Source: Candidatus Latescibacterota bacterium (lineage in GTDB: Bacteria; Latescibacterota; UBA2968; UBA8231). Taken from it: a stretch of 64,000 nt of DNA. The stretch covers positions 3,584,001 to 3,648,000 of the forward strand of contig OZ253462.1 of assembly GCA_965261395.1 (NCBI GenBank), in the 5' to 3' direction. The position numbers were made by a program, and so were the translations under genes. A model generated the notes under the pieces. That model was given only the letters and a program-made list of their open reading frames with translations, was not told where the DNA came from and did no database searches. The first letter of the stretch is position 1. The number at the start of each line of letters is the position of its first letter. Shown here in pieces: positions 9,934 through 19,588 of this stretch.

Positions 9934-12807
9934 TCAGCGGAGGAGGACGAGCTTGGCGTAGCGCGGGGGACTATGTGCGCTGTGGGAGCGGGCAAAGTAC
10001 ATACCGGTGGCCGCCGAATGGCCGCGTTCGTCGCGGCCATCCCATATCGTTTGGTGTCCACCAGCGTCCAGCGGTGCGTCCACCAGCGTGCGCACGAGTT
10101 GGCCTTGGACGTTGTAGATAGCCACGTGGACGGATGTGGCATGGGGGAGGTGGAAGCGGAGGTGGGTGCTTGCGTTGAAGGGGTTGGGCCAAACTTGGAG
10201 TGAGGTCGTAGATACCATTACAGGGATTTTGGACGCTGGTTCGGGTGGGGTTTCTGTGGCGCGTCCGGGTGAAAAGGGGGCTTGGGTTGGCGAGGCGGTT
10301 TTGTGTGGGACAAATGCGTTGTCTTCCAGTGAAGTGCGGACAATAGACTGGTCGTTGGGCCAAGTGGACAGGGAGATACTGGCGACGAGATGGCCGGTTT
10401 TGTCGATTAGGTAGATGGCTTCGCCGCTGTCGGTTAGTCCATCGCTGATAGTTCCGTCGTCGGTATAGACAGGGATGATGAACCCCGAGGGGTTGCCACC
10501 GCCGAAGAGGACCACGTACGAGCCGGGTTCAATGACGGCACTGGGTGGGAAGCGAAAGTAATCGTCTAGGGATCCCGCGTCGCCTAGCTGCCAGCTAGCC
10601 AAGGAAATGGTATCTGCGCCGGCGTTGTAAAGTTCGATGAACTCGTCTTCATACAGATCGCGCTGGCCGTCTTGGTTGGCGTCGCCGGCTAGTCCTGCGG
10701 GCGGGTCGGCGAGCACTTCGCTGATGAAAAGGGGATAGGTGGGTTCAACGGGCAGCCCTGGTTCGAGCGGCGGTTTTGGGGCGTATCCGGGTGAGAAGGG
10801 GGCTTGAGTCCGCGAGGCGGTTTTGTGTGGGACAAGCGCTTCCTCGTCTGGTGAGGTGCGGACGAGGGATTGGTCGTCGGGCCAAGTGGCCTGGGAGAAG
10901 AACGCGACCTCATGGCCATGGTTGTCGATCAGGTGGATAGACTCGCCGCTGTCGGTCAGTCCATCACCGATGCTCCCATCGTCGGTATAGACGGGGACGG
11001 TGAACTCCGAGGGGTTGCCGCCGCCGAAGAGGACGATATAGGAGTCGGGTTCAATGACAGCGTCGGACGGGAAGTGGAAATACCCACTTGGGGATCCCAA
11101 CCTCCAGCCGGCTAGGGAGATGGGCACGGGGCCGGCGTTGTAGAGTTCGATGAACTCGTCCTCATACGGGTTGCTCCGACCGTCTCGATTGGCGTCGCCA
11201 GCCGGGCCTTCAGGCGGATCGGCGAGTACTTCACTGATGATGAGGAAGTAGGTCAAGATGGGCTGTGTTTCTGGAGCGTGTCCGGGTGAGAAGGGGGCCG
11301 CGGTCGGCGAGGCGGTTTTGTGCGGGACAAACGCGCTGCTATCCGGTGAGGTGCGGACGAGGGATTGGTCGTCGGGCCAGGTGGCCTGGGAGAGGAACGA
11401 GACCTCATCGCCATGATCGTTGATCAGGTGGATGGCTTCGCCGCTGTCGGTCAGACCATTGCCGATTGTTCCGTCGTCGGTATAGACGGGGATGATGAAC
11501 TCCGAGGGGTTGCCGCCGCCGAAGAGGACGACGTACGAGCCGGGTTCAATGACAGCATCGGACGGGAAGCGGAAGTACTCGCTTCGGGATCCCGAGTCGC
11601 CCAAGCGCCAACCGGCTAGGGAGATGCGACGTGAACCAGCGTTGTATAGTTCGATGAATTCGTCTTGATGGGGACTGCTCCGACCGTCTCGATTGGCGTC
11701 GCCAGCCGGGCCCTCAGGTGGATCGGCGAGCACTTCGCTGATGATGAGGGAGTAGGTCAAGTGTCCGGGTGAGAAGGGTGCCTTGGTCGGCGAGAGGGTT
11801 TTGTGCGGGACGAACGCGTTGCTATCCGGTGAGGTGCGGACGAGGGATTGGTCATCGGGCCAAGTGGCCTGGGAGAGGAACGCGACCTCATGGCCATGGT
11901 TGTCGATTAGGTGGATGGACTCGCCGCTGTCGGTCAGACCATCGCCGATGGTTCCATCGTCGGTATAGACGGGGATGGTGAACTCCGAGGGGTCGCCGCC
12001 GCCGAAGAGGACGAGGTACGAGTTGGGGTCAATGACAGCGTCGGACGGGAAGCGGAAATAACCGCTCAGGGATCCTGCGTCGCCCAAGCGCCAGTCGGCT
12101 AGGGAGACAGAAACGGGGCCGGTGTTGTAGAGTTCGATGAATTCGTCTTCGTGTGGGTTGCTCCGACCGTCGCGATTGGCGTCGCCGGCTAGCCCCGCAG
12201 GCGGGTCGGCGAGTACTTCGTTGATGATGAGGGAGTAGGCCAAAGGGGGCCGCGTTCCCGGGGCGTGTCCGGGTGAGAAGAAAGCCCCGGTCGGTGAGAC
12301 GGTTTTGTGCGGGACAAATGCGCTGCTGTCCGGTGAGGTGCGGACGAGGGATTGGTCGTCGGGCCAAGTGGCCTGGGAGAAGAACGCGACCTCATCGCCA
12401 CGCTTGTTGATCAGGTGGATGGCTTCGCCGCTGTCGGTCAGGCCATCGCCGATGGTTCCGTCGTCGGTATAGACGGGGATGGTGAACTCTGAGGGGTTGC
12501 CGCCGCCAAAAAGGACGACGTACGAATCGGGTTCAATGACGGCACCGGATGGGAAGCGGAAGTACTCGCTTACGGATCCTGTGTCGCCTAATCGCCAACC
12601 GGCCAAGGAGATGGGAACGGAACCGGTGTTGTAGAGTTCGATGAATTCGTCTTCGTGCGGGTCGTGCCGACCGTCGCGGTTGGCGTCGCCAGCCGGTCCT
12701 TCAGGCGGGTCGGCGAGCACTTCGGTGATGATGACGTTGGCTGCGGCGAGGGATGGGAGCAACAGCAGCGTCAGCAGGGCGAGGTGCCCGTATCGGAGAC
12801 AGAACAT
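9934..12807 (-). CDS. Secreted lamin-tail-domain repeat protein (5 LTD modules + FlgD-Ig/CTD-like tail)
   Basis: Five EVLADPP modules; signal peptide and tail near-identical to those of 7906..9792. Confidence 0.88.
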   Translation of the reverse strand: MFCLRYGHLALLTLLLLPSLAAANVIITEVLADPPEGPAGDANRDGRHDPHEDEFIELYNTGSVPISLAGWRLGDTGSVSEYFRFPSGAVIEPDSYVVLFGGGNPSEFTIPVYTDDGTIGDGLTDSGEAIHLINKRGDEVAFFSQATWPDDQSLVRTSPDSSAFVPHKTVSPTGAFFSPGHAPGTRPPLAYSLIINEVLADPPAGLAGDANRDGRSNPHEDEFIELYNTGPVSVSLADWRLGDAGSLSGYFRFPSDAVIDPNSYLVLFGGGDPSEFTIPVYTDDGTIGDGLTDSGESIHLIDNHGHEVAFLSQATWPDDQSLVRTSPDSNAFVPHKTLSPTKAPFSPGHLTYSLIISEVLADPPEGPAGDANRDGRSSPHQDEFIELYNAGSRRISLAGWRLGDSGSRSEYFRFPSDAVIEPGSYVVLFGGGNPSEFIIPVYTDDGTIGNGLTDSGEAIHLINDHGDEVSFLSQATWPDDQSLVRTSPDSSAFVPHKTASPTAAPFSPGHAPETQPILTYFLIISEVLADPPEGPAGDANRDGRSNPYEDEFIELYNAGPVPISLAGWRLGSPSGYFHFPSDAVIEPDSYIVLFGGGNPSEFTVPVYTDDGSIGDGLTDSGESIHLIDNHGHEVAFFSQATWPDDQSLVRTSPDEEALVPHKTASRTQAPFSPGYAPKPPLEPGLPVEPTYPLFISEVLADPPAGLAGDANQDGQRDLYEDEFIELYNAGADTISLASWQLGDAGSLDDYFRFPPSAVIEPGSYVVLFGGGNPSGFIIPVYTDDGTISDGLTDSGEAIYLIDKTGHLVASISLSTWPNDQSIVRTSLEDNAFVPHKTASPTQAPFSPGRATETPPEPASKIPVMVSTTSLQVWPNPFNASTHLRFHLPHATSVHVAIYNVQGQLVRTLVDAPLDAGGHQTIWDGRDERGHSAATGMYFARSHSAHSPPRYAKLVLLR

Positions 12808-12871
12808 GATCTATCAAGCCAAAGCGACGGGGCAGGTTCTTAGAAGCCGTTATCAACTGATAATATATAGA

Positions 12872-12907
12872 AACCCCGTCTCTCGGCATGGAGATGGAGT
12901 TTTTTTC
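12872..12907. terminator. Third homologous terminator-like hairpin
   Basis: AAACCCCGTCTC-TCGGCATG-GAGATGGAGTTTTTTT. Confidence 0.6.
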
Positions 12908-12912
12908 TTGCT

Positions 12913-15900
12913 TCAGCGGAGGAGGACGAGCTTGGCGTAGTGCGGAGGGCCATGTGCGATGTGGAAGCGGGCGAAGTACGGGCCGGTGGCCGCCGAGTGG
13001 CCGCGTTCGTCGCGGCCATCCCATCGCGTTCGGTGTATGCCGGCGTGGAGCGGCGCGTCCACGAGCGTGCGCACGTGTTGGCCTTGAACGTTGTAGATAG
13101 CCACGTGGACGGATGCGGCTTGGTGTAGGTGGAAGCGAAGGTGGGTAGTTGCATTGAAGGGGTTGGGCCAAACTTGGAGCGAGGTTATAGATGCGATTAC
13201 AGGAATTTTGGACGCTGATTCAGGTGGGGTTTTGGGGGCGTGTCCGGGTGAGAAGGGGGCCTCGATCGGCGAAGCGGTTTTGTGTGGAACAAACGCACCG
13301 CTGTCGGGGGGCGTGCGGACGATAGACTGGTCGTCGGGCCAATCGTCGTGGGAGACGCGGGCGACGATGCGGCTGGTTTTGTCGATAAGGTAGATGGCTT
13401 CGCCGGTGTTGGTCAGGCCGTTGCCGATGGTTCCATCGTCGGTATAGACGGGTACGGTGAATCCCACTGGATTGCCGCCACCGAAGAGGATGGCGTACGA
13501 GCCGGGGGCGATGAAGGCACCGGGGGGGAAGCGGAAGTAATCGAGCAGGGATCCCGTGTCGCCCAACTGCCAACTGGCTAGGGAGATGGTATCTACACCG
13601 GCGTTGTAGAGTTCGACAAATTCGTCTTCATGCGGGTCGTAGTGGCCGTCTTGGTTGGCGTCGCCGGCTGGTCCTTCAGGCGGGTCAGCGAGCACTTCGC
13701 TGATGAAGAGAGAGTAGGTGGGGCGGGGTGGCGTTTTGGGTTTTTCTAGTTCAGTCGGCGGTTCTGGGGCGTATCCGGGTGAAAAGGGGGCCTTGGCCTG
13801 CGAGGCCATTTTGTGCGGGACAAACGCGCCGTCGTCCGGTGGCGTGCGGACGAGGGATTGGTCGTCGGGCCAAGTGGAGTGGGAGAGGAACGAAACCTCA
13901 TCGCCGCGATCGTTGATCAGGTGGATGGACTCGCCGGTGTCGGTCAGGCCATCGCCGATGGTTCCGTCGTCGGCATAGACGGGGACGGTGAACCCCGACG
14001 GGTTGCCGCCGCCAAAGAGGACGAGGTAGGAGTCGGGTTCAATGACAGCGTCAGGCGGGAAGCGGAAGTAATCGCTTAGAGAGCCCGCGTCGCCCAACCG
14101 CCAACCGGCTAGGGAGACAGGAATAGGGCCGGCGTTGTAGAGTTCGATGAACTCGTCTTGATACCCGTCGCGCTGGCCGTCGCGATTGGCGTCGCCGGCT
14201 GTACCGGAAGGCGGGTCGGCGAGCACCTCGCATATGAAGAGGGGATAGGTCAAGGCGGGTCGCGTTGCTGGGGCGTGTCCGGGTGAGAAGGGGGCCTCGG
14301 TCGGCGAGGCAGTTTTGTGCGGGGTAAACGCTTCGCCGTCCGATGGGATGCGGACGAGGGATTGGGCGTTGGGCCAAGTGGCGTGGAAGATAGACGTGGC
14401 CTCATAGCCATGGTCGTTGATCAGATGGATGGACTCGCCGCTGTTGGTCAGTCCATCGCCGATGGTGCCGTCGTCGGTATAGACGGGGATGGTGAACCCT
14501 AAAGGGTTGCCACCGCCGAAGAGGACGACGTACGAGCGAGGGGCAATGACAGCCTTGGCTGGGAAGCGGAAGTAGCCGCTTAGGGAGCCCGCGTCGCCCA
14601 ACCGCCAGCCGGCTAGGGAAATGGGAACGGGACCGGCGTTGTAGAGTTCGATGAACTCGTCTTCATGCGGGTCGTGCTGACCGTCGCGATTGGCATCGCC
14701 CGCCGGTCCTTCGGGCGGGTCGGCCAGCACTTCGCTGATGAAGAGGGGATAAGTCAATATGGGCCGTGTTTCTGAGGCGTGTCCAGGTGAAAAGGGGGCC
14801 GCGATCGGCGAGGCGGTTTTGTGCGGAACAAAGGCTCCGCCGTCCGCTGGGGTTCGGACGAGGGACTGTTTGCTGGGCCAATCGTCGTGCGAGACGATAT
14901 CGATCTCGTGGCCATTGTTGTCGATCAGGCGAATCTCCTCGCCCTTGCCGGTCAGTCCGTTGCCGATTTTTCCGTCGTCGGTATAGACGGGGGTCGTGAA
15001 CCCCGTTGGGTTGCCGCCGCCGAAGAGGACGATGTACGAGTGCGGGGCGATGACTGCATCGGCTGGGAAGCGGAAGTGGTTCTTCAGAGATGTGCTATCG
15101 CCTAGCCGCCAGCCGGCCAAGGAAATGGGAACCGAGCCGGCGTTGTACAGTTCGATGAATTCGTCTTCGTACGTGTCGCGCCGACCGTCGCGATTGGCGT
15201 CGCCAGCGAGGCCGGAAGGCGGGTCGGCGAGGATTTCGCTGATGAAGAGGGGATAGTCCGGTTTGGGGATGATGTGGGTGTGGCCGGGCGAAAAAAGGGC
15301 CTTGGTCGTCGAGGCGGTTTTGTGCGGGACAAAGAGGCCACCGTCGGATGGGTTGCGGACGAGAGACTGTTTGCTGGGCCAAGGGCTGTGCGAGACGACG
15401 TCGATCTCGTGGCCATTGTCGTCGATCAGGCGAACCTCTTCGCCCTTGCCGGTCAGTCCGTTGCCGATTTTTCCGTCGTCGGTATAGACGGGGACAGTGA
15501 ATCCCGACGGAGTGCCGCCGCCGAAGAGGACGATATAGGAGTTGGGTTCAATGACGGCGTCGGGGGGGAATTGGAAGTGATTTTTGAGCACCGTGCTATC
15601 GCCCAACCGCCAGCCGGCTAAGGAGATGGGCACGGGCCCGGCGTTGTAGAGTTCGACGAATTCGTCTTGATATGTGTCGCGCACTCCGTCTCGATTGGCG
15701 TCGCCAGCGAGGCCGGAAGGCGGGTCGGCGAGGATTTCGCTGATGAAGAGGGGGTAGGAGGGCTTGGGGATGATGTGGGTGTGGCCGGGCGAAAAAAGGG
15801 CCTTGGTCGTCGAGGCGGTTTTGTGCGGGACAAAGAGGCCACCGTCGGATGGGTTGCGGACGAGAGACTGTTTGCTGGGCCAAGGGCTGTGCGAGACGAC

Positions 15901-17472
15901 GTCGATCTCATGGCCATTGTCGTCGATTAGGCGAATCTTCTCGCCCTTGTTGGTCAAGCCGTTGCCGATTTTTCCATCGTCGATATAGACGGGGACGGAA
16001 AATCCCGACGGATTGCCGCCGCCGAAGAGGACGACGTACGAACCGGGTTCAATGACGGTGTTGGCTGGGAACTGGAATGAGTTTTCCGGCGATGTGCTGT
16101 CGCCTAAGCGCCAGCCGCTTATATCGACGGGTACTGAACCGGCGTTGTAGAGTTCGATGAACTCGTCTTCATACCCGTTGCGCTGGCCGTCTTGGTTGGC
16201 GTCGCCGGCTGCACCCGTAGGCGGGTCGGCGAGGACTTCGCTGATGAAGAGAGCATAGGTAGGTATAGGTTCGGGCGGTGTTTCGGATTCGGGTGCTTCT
16301 GGCGTTTCGGGTTCGGGTGTTTCAGGTACTTCCGGCGTTTCGAGTTCGGCATCTGTGGCGCGTCCGGGAGAAAAAGGCTCCCCGGTCGGCGAGGCGGTTT
16401 TGTGTGGTTCAAACGCGTCGCCGTCGGGTGGATTGCGGACGATAGACTGGTCATTGGGCCAAGTGCTGTGCGAGACGACCGAGACTTCCGTGCCGGTGTC
16501 GTCGATCAGGCGAATATCCTCGCCCGTGTTGGTCAGTCCGTTGCCGATGCGCCCGTCGTCAGTATAGACGGGGACGGTGAATCCCGACGGGTTGCCGCCG
16601 CCGAAGAGGACGACGTATGAGCTGGGTTCAATGACGGCGTCGGGCGGGAATTGGAATGAGTTTTCCGGCGACGTGCTGTCGCCTAAGCGCCAGCCGCTTA
16701 TATCGACGGGTACTGAACCGGCGTTGTAGAGTTCGATGAACTCGTCTTCATACCCGTTGCGCTGGCCGTCTTGGTTGGCGTCGCCGGCTGCACCCGTAGG
16801 CGGGTCGGCGAGGACTTCGCTGATGAAGAGAGCATAGGTAGGTATAGGTTCGGGCGGTGTTTCGGATTCGGGTGCTTCTGGCGTTTCGGGTTCGGGTGTT
16901 TCAGGTACTTCCGGCGTTTCGAGTTCGGCATCTGTGGCGCGTCCGGGAGAAAAAGGCTCCCCGGTCGGCGAGGCGGTTTTGTGTGGTTCAAACGCGTCGC
17001 CGTCGGGTGGATTGCGGACGATAGACTGGTCATTGGGCCAAGTGCTGTGCGAGACGACCGAGACTTCCGTGCCGGTGTCGTCGATCAGGCGAATATCCTC
17101 GCCCGTGTTGGTCAGTCCGTTGCTGCCAATTTTTCCGTCATCGGCATAGGCGGGGACGGTGAATCCCGACGGATTGCCGCCGCCGAAGAGGACGACGTAT
17201 GAGCCGGGTTCCATGACGGCGTTGGCTGGGAACTGGAAGAGCTTGTCCGACGGCGAGCGGTCGCCCAACCGCCAGCCGCTTATATCGACGGATGCGGAAC
17301 CGGCGTTGTAGAGTTCGATGAACTCGTCTTCATAGGTATCGCGCTGGCCATCTTGATTGGCGTCGCCGGCGTCACCCGTAGGCGGGTCGGCGAGGACTTC
17401 GCTGATGACGACTGTAGCTTCGGCGAGGGACGCGAACGCAAGCAGGATAACGAGGGGTAGGAGACGGGCCAT
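12913..17472 (-). CDS. Secreted lamin-tail-domain repeat protein (8 LTD modules, Pro/Glu/Thr linkers, FlgD-Ig/CTD-like tail)
   Basis: Eight E(V/I)LADPP modules; ETPEVPETPEPETPE linkers; signal peptide. Confidence 0.88.
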   Translation of the reverse strand: MARLLPLVILLAFASLAEATVVISEVLADPPTGDAGDANQDGQRDTYEDEFIELYNAGSASVDISGWRLGDRSPSDKLFQFPANAVMEPGSYVVLFGGGNPSGFTVPAYADDGKIGSNGLTNTGEDIRLIDDTGTEVSVVSHSTWPNDQSIVRNPPDGDAFEPHKTASPTGEPFSPGRATDAELETPEVPETPEPETPEAPESETPPEPIPTYALFISEVLADPPTGAAGDANQDGQRNGYEDEFIELYNAGSVPVDISGWRLGDSTSPENSFQFPPDAVIEPSSYVVLFGGGNPSGFTVPVYTDDGRIGNGLTNTGEDIRLIDDTGTEVSVVSHSTWPNDQSIVRNPPDGDAFEPHKTASPTGEPFSPGRATDAELETPEVPETPEPETPEAPESETPPEPIPTYALFISEVLADPPTGAAGDANQDGQRNGYEDEFIELYNAGSVPVDISGWRLGDSTSPENSFQFPANTVIEPGSYVVLFGGGNPSGFSVPVYIDDGKIGNGLTNKGEKIRLIDDNGHEIDVVSHSPWPSKQSLVRNPSDGGLFVPHKTASTTKALFSPGHTHIIPKPSYPLFISEILADPPSGLAGDANRDGVRDTYQDEFVELYNAGPVPISLAGWRLGDSTVLKNHFQFPPDAVIEPNSYIVLFGGGTPSGFTVPVYTDDGKIGNGLTGKGEEVRLIDDNGHEIDVVSHSPWPSKQSLVRNPSDGGLFVPHKTASTTKALFSPGHTHIIPKPDYPLFISEILADPPSGLAGDANRDGRRDTYEDEFIELYNAGSVPISLAGWRLGDSTSLKNHFRFPADAVIAPHSYIVLFGGGNPTGFTTPVYTDDGKIGNGLTGKGEEIRLIDNNGHEIDIVSHDDWPSKQSLVRTPADGGAFVPHKTASPIAAPFSPGHASETRPILTYPLFISEVLADPPEGPAGDANRDGQHDPHEDEFIELYNAGPVPISLAGWRLGDAGSLSGYFRFPAKAVIAPRSYVVLFGGGNPLGFTIPVYTDDGTIGDGLTNSGESIHLINDHGYEATSIFHATWPNAQSLVRIPSDGEAFTPHKTASPTEAPFSPGHAPATRPALTYPLFICEVLADPPSGTAGDANRDGQRDGYQDEFIELYNAGPIPVSLAGWRLGDAGSLSDYFRFPPDAVIEPDSYLVLFGGGNPSGFTVPVYADDGTIGDGLTDTGESIHLINDRGDEVSFLSHSTWPDDQSLVRTPPDDGAFVPHKMASQAKAPFSPGYAPEPPTELEKPKTPPRPTYSLFISEVLADPPEGPAGDANQDGHYDPHEDEFVELYNAGVDTISLASWQLGDTGSLLDYFRFPPGAFIAPGSYAILFGGGNPVGFTVPVYTDDGTIGNGLTNTGEAIYLIDKTSRIVARVSHDDWPDDQSIVRTPPDSGAFVPHKTASPIEAPFSPGHAPKTPPESASKIPVIASITSLQVWPNPFNATTHLRFHLHQAASVHVAIYNVQGQHVRTLVDAPLHAGIHRTRWDGRDERGHSAATGPYFARFHIAHGPPHYAKLVLLR
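16073..17123. repeat. Near-perfect intragenic duplication, 579-bp offset
   Basis: 16073-16544 matches 16652-17123 with one mismatch seen; alternative-frame ORFs 16119..16454 and 16698..17033 are identical. A second 501-bp-offset duplication starts at ~15191/15692. Confidence 0.9.
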
Positions 17473-17714
17473 GCCCCTGCTTATGCAAAGAGCGGGCCAA
17501 TCTGTCGGCTATGCCGTTATTTATTTAGGAACAGATAGTTATGGGAAGACCGCTGCTCTTTGAAGCCGGCGACGATGGTCCATTGGGGACACAGCGGCGC
17601 AGACTCTGGGTAACGCTTCTCCCGTCATTTCGCTACGATCAGCGGCGAGGCTTGGCCCCACTGGCCGGCGAAGACAAAATTGGTTAGGGCTTTGTGGGTG
17701 CGGGACTGTGTTTC

Positions 17715-18629
17715 TCAGATCCAGCGGTAGGTGCGGGCACCGCGGCTGGAGACGCGGGCAAGCTTCCAGGCTGTCAGCCACTCTTGGCGGTCGTGGACCA
17801 CCAGTTCGGGATGCTCTTGGCTGCGGACGAGGAGGCCGGGGAGGTGGGGCCGGCCATTGGGCTTGCGGGCGTCGTTCCAGCGCAGGTCCATGCTCCAGCG
17901 GATCGCGTCCGAGCCATTGGGCTGGCTGCCGTGGGGGGTGCGGCAGTGGATGGCGATCAGGCCGCCGCGTTGGACGGGGATGGTGACCGGGTCCCAAGGC
18001 GGCAGTTCCTCGGGCGCGACGGTGAAGCTGCCGCCTTGGTCGGCGGGCGGGCGCACGTGCCGGCGCAGCGGCTCTTGGTGGCAGCGGGGATAGATCATTA
18101 GGGTGCCGTTTTCTTCGTCCGCATCGACGAGGGGGATCCAAGTGGTGACGATGAGCGTATCGTCGGCTTCGGGCAGGAGCACGCCGAGGTCTTGGTGCCA
18201 AGCCGTCGAGCGCGCCCATTCGTTTTGTGAGAAGTTGCCGGCGTACTCGTCGCTGGCCGGGACTTTGGCGCGGATGTGCTGGCAGGAGTTGGCGTAGATT
18301 TCCGGGCCGATCAGGGATTCGAGCAGAGCGAGCAGCCGTGGGTTGTGCAAAAAGGCGAAGATATTAGGCCCTAGATTGGCGGGGAAGTTGATGCCGGCCG
18401 TGGCGCTAGCGTCGGCTTTGGCGAGGGGAATCAGGCGTTCTGTAAAAGGCAACTCCGCATAGTCGCGTTCTATTTTGCCGGCGGCCAGCAGGCGTTGGGC
18501 CGCTTGATCGACGATTTCCTCCAGTTCCGCTTGGACCGGGTCCAGGTCTTCGGAGGACAAGGCGTTGGGCACGTGGACGTAGCCTTCGGCGTGGAAGAAT
18601 GCGAGCTGCTCCGGGCTAAGGCCGGTCAT
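17715..18629 (-). CDS. Phytanoyl-CoA dioxygenase (PhyH) family Fe/2OG oxygenase
   Basis: FFHAEGY, WHQD, TTWIPLVDADEENGTL, TPHGSQPN.S..IR. Confidence 0.9.
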   Translation of the reverse strand: MTGLSPEQLAFFHAEGYVHVPNALSSEDLDPVQAELEEIVDQAAQRLLAAGKIERDYAELPFTERLIPLAKADASATAGINFPANLGPNIFAFLHNPRLLALLESLIGPEIYANSCQHIRAKVPASDEYAGNFSQNEWARSTAWHQDLGVLLPEADDTLIVTTWIPLVDADEENGTLMIYPRCHQEPLRRHVRPPADQGGSFTVAPEELPPWDPVTIPVQRGGLIAIHCRTPHGSQPNGSDAIRWSMDLRWNDARKPNGRPHLPGLLVRSQEHPELVVHDRQEWLTAWKLARVSSRGARTYRWI

Positions 18630-18637
18630 GGCGCGTT

Positions 18638-19564
18638 TTAGAAAGTGCCGATGATCGAGACCCGATGGACTTGGCCTAAATCGGGAGAGGAGGAGTAGGC
18701 ATAATCGACTGCGTAGCGGTCCATGATCAGGCCAGCCCCGGCGCTCAGGCCCAGCGGCTCCTCGTCTTGGCCACCGGTCTGTTGGGTGGTGTAACCGGGT
18801 CGGATATAGAGGCCCGCGGCGAGTTGGATCTCAAGGCCGAAGGCTAGGTAGGAGTCGTTGTCGTTGGGCAAGTTGAAATCGGCCACCAAGAGCACGGGCA
18901 CCGGCATGTGCGCGAGGCGATGGGCCATGCCCAGCCGGATGTGTACCGGTAGCGAGTCCTTGAAGCCCTCGGTGTAGCCCGAGCGCACAAAACCGAGATT
19001 GGCGATGGCTGCGCCGAGGGTCGTGCCCTCGATCGGGACGCGAACGAGAAGGCCGAGATCGGCGAGATAAGCGTCTGAAGAAAACTCGGCGATATTTGAA
19101 TAAACGGCTTTTAGATTGGCGCCGACGGCTAGCCAGTCCGGCCCGAGCTGTTGGGCCACAGACAGATAAGCGGCGAGGTCGGTCGCCGAGAAGGTCCCCA
19201 AATCGCGTCCTTCCGCATCGGTATGCCACAAGTCGCCGTAGGATACGTAGTGGACGCTCAGGGCGTGTACGCGCGACCCCTTGGGGGCGGCGATGGAGGC
19301 GAAGCCGGCTTGGGAATCGACGAAATAGCTGTTGTAGGCGAGCGCGGCCGTACGCTCGCTTAGGCCGAAAAGCCCGGCCGGATTCCAGGCCGATGCCTCG
19401 ATGTTGCCAGACACGGCCGCATAGGCTCCACCGAGCGCAGCAGCTCGGGTGCCGACGCCGATCTTGAGAAAGTTGAAACCCGTGGTGCCGGCGTTGGGGT
19501 TGATCGCCGCAGCGGGCGTCAAGGTCGAAAGGAGGATGCAGGCCGCGAGGGCGCAGTATTTCAT
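18638..19564 (-). CDS. PorV/PorQ-family outer-membrane beta-barrel protein
   Basis: Signal peptide; FLKIGVGTRAAALGGAY, WNPAGL, DYAY, C-terminal HRVSIIGTF. Confidence 0.8.
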   Translation of the reverse strand: MKYCALAACILLSTLTPAAAINPNAGTTGFNFLKIGVGTRAAALGGAYAAVSGNIEASAWNPAGLFGLSERTAALAYNSYFVDSQAGFASIAAPKGSRVHALSVHYVSYGDLWHTDAEGRDLGTFSATDLAAYLSVAQQLGPDWLAVGANLKAVYSNIAEFSSDAYLADLGLLVRVPIEGTTLGAAIANLGFVRSGYTEGFKDSLPVHIRLGMAHRLAHMPVPVLLVADFNLPNDNDSYLAFGLEIQLAAGLYIRPGYTTQQTGGQDEEPLGLSAGAGLIMDRYAVDYAYSSSPDLGQVHRVSIIGTF

Positions 19565-19588
19565 AGTTGATCTCCGGTATGTACTATC

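Noticed and set aside
7590-17563. Many recurrent alternative-frame ORFs over the LTD array
   Set aside because: By-products of GC-rich repeated coding sequence; no independent RBS or domain signal.
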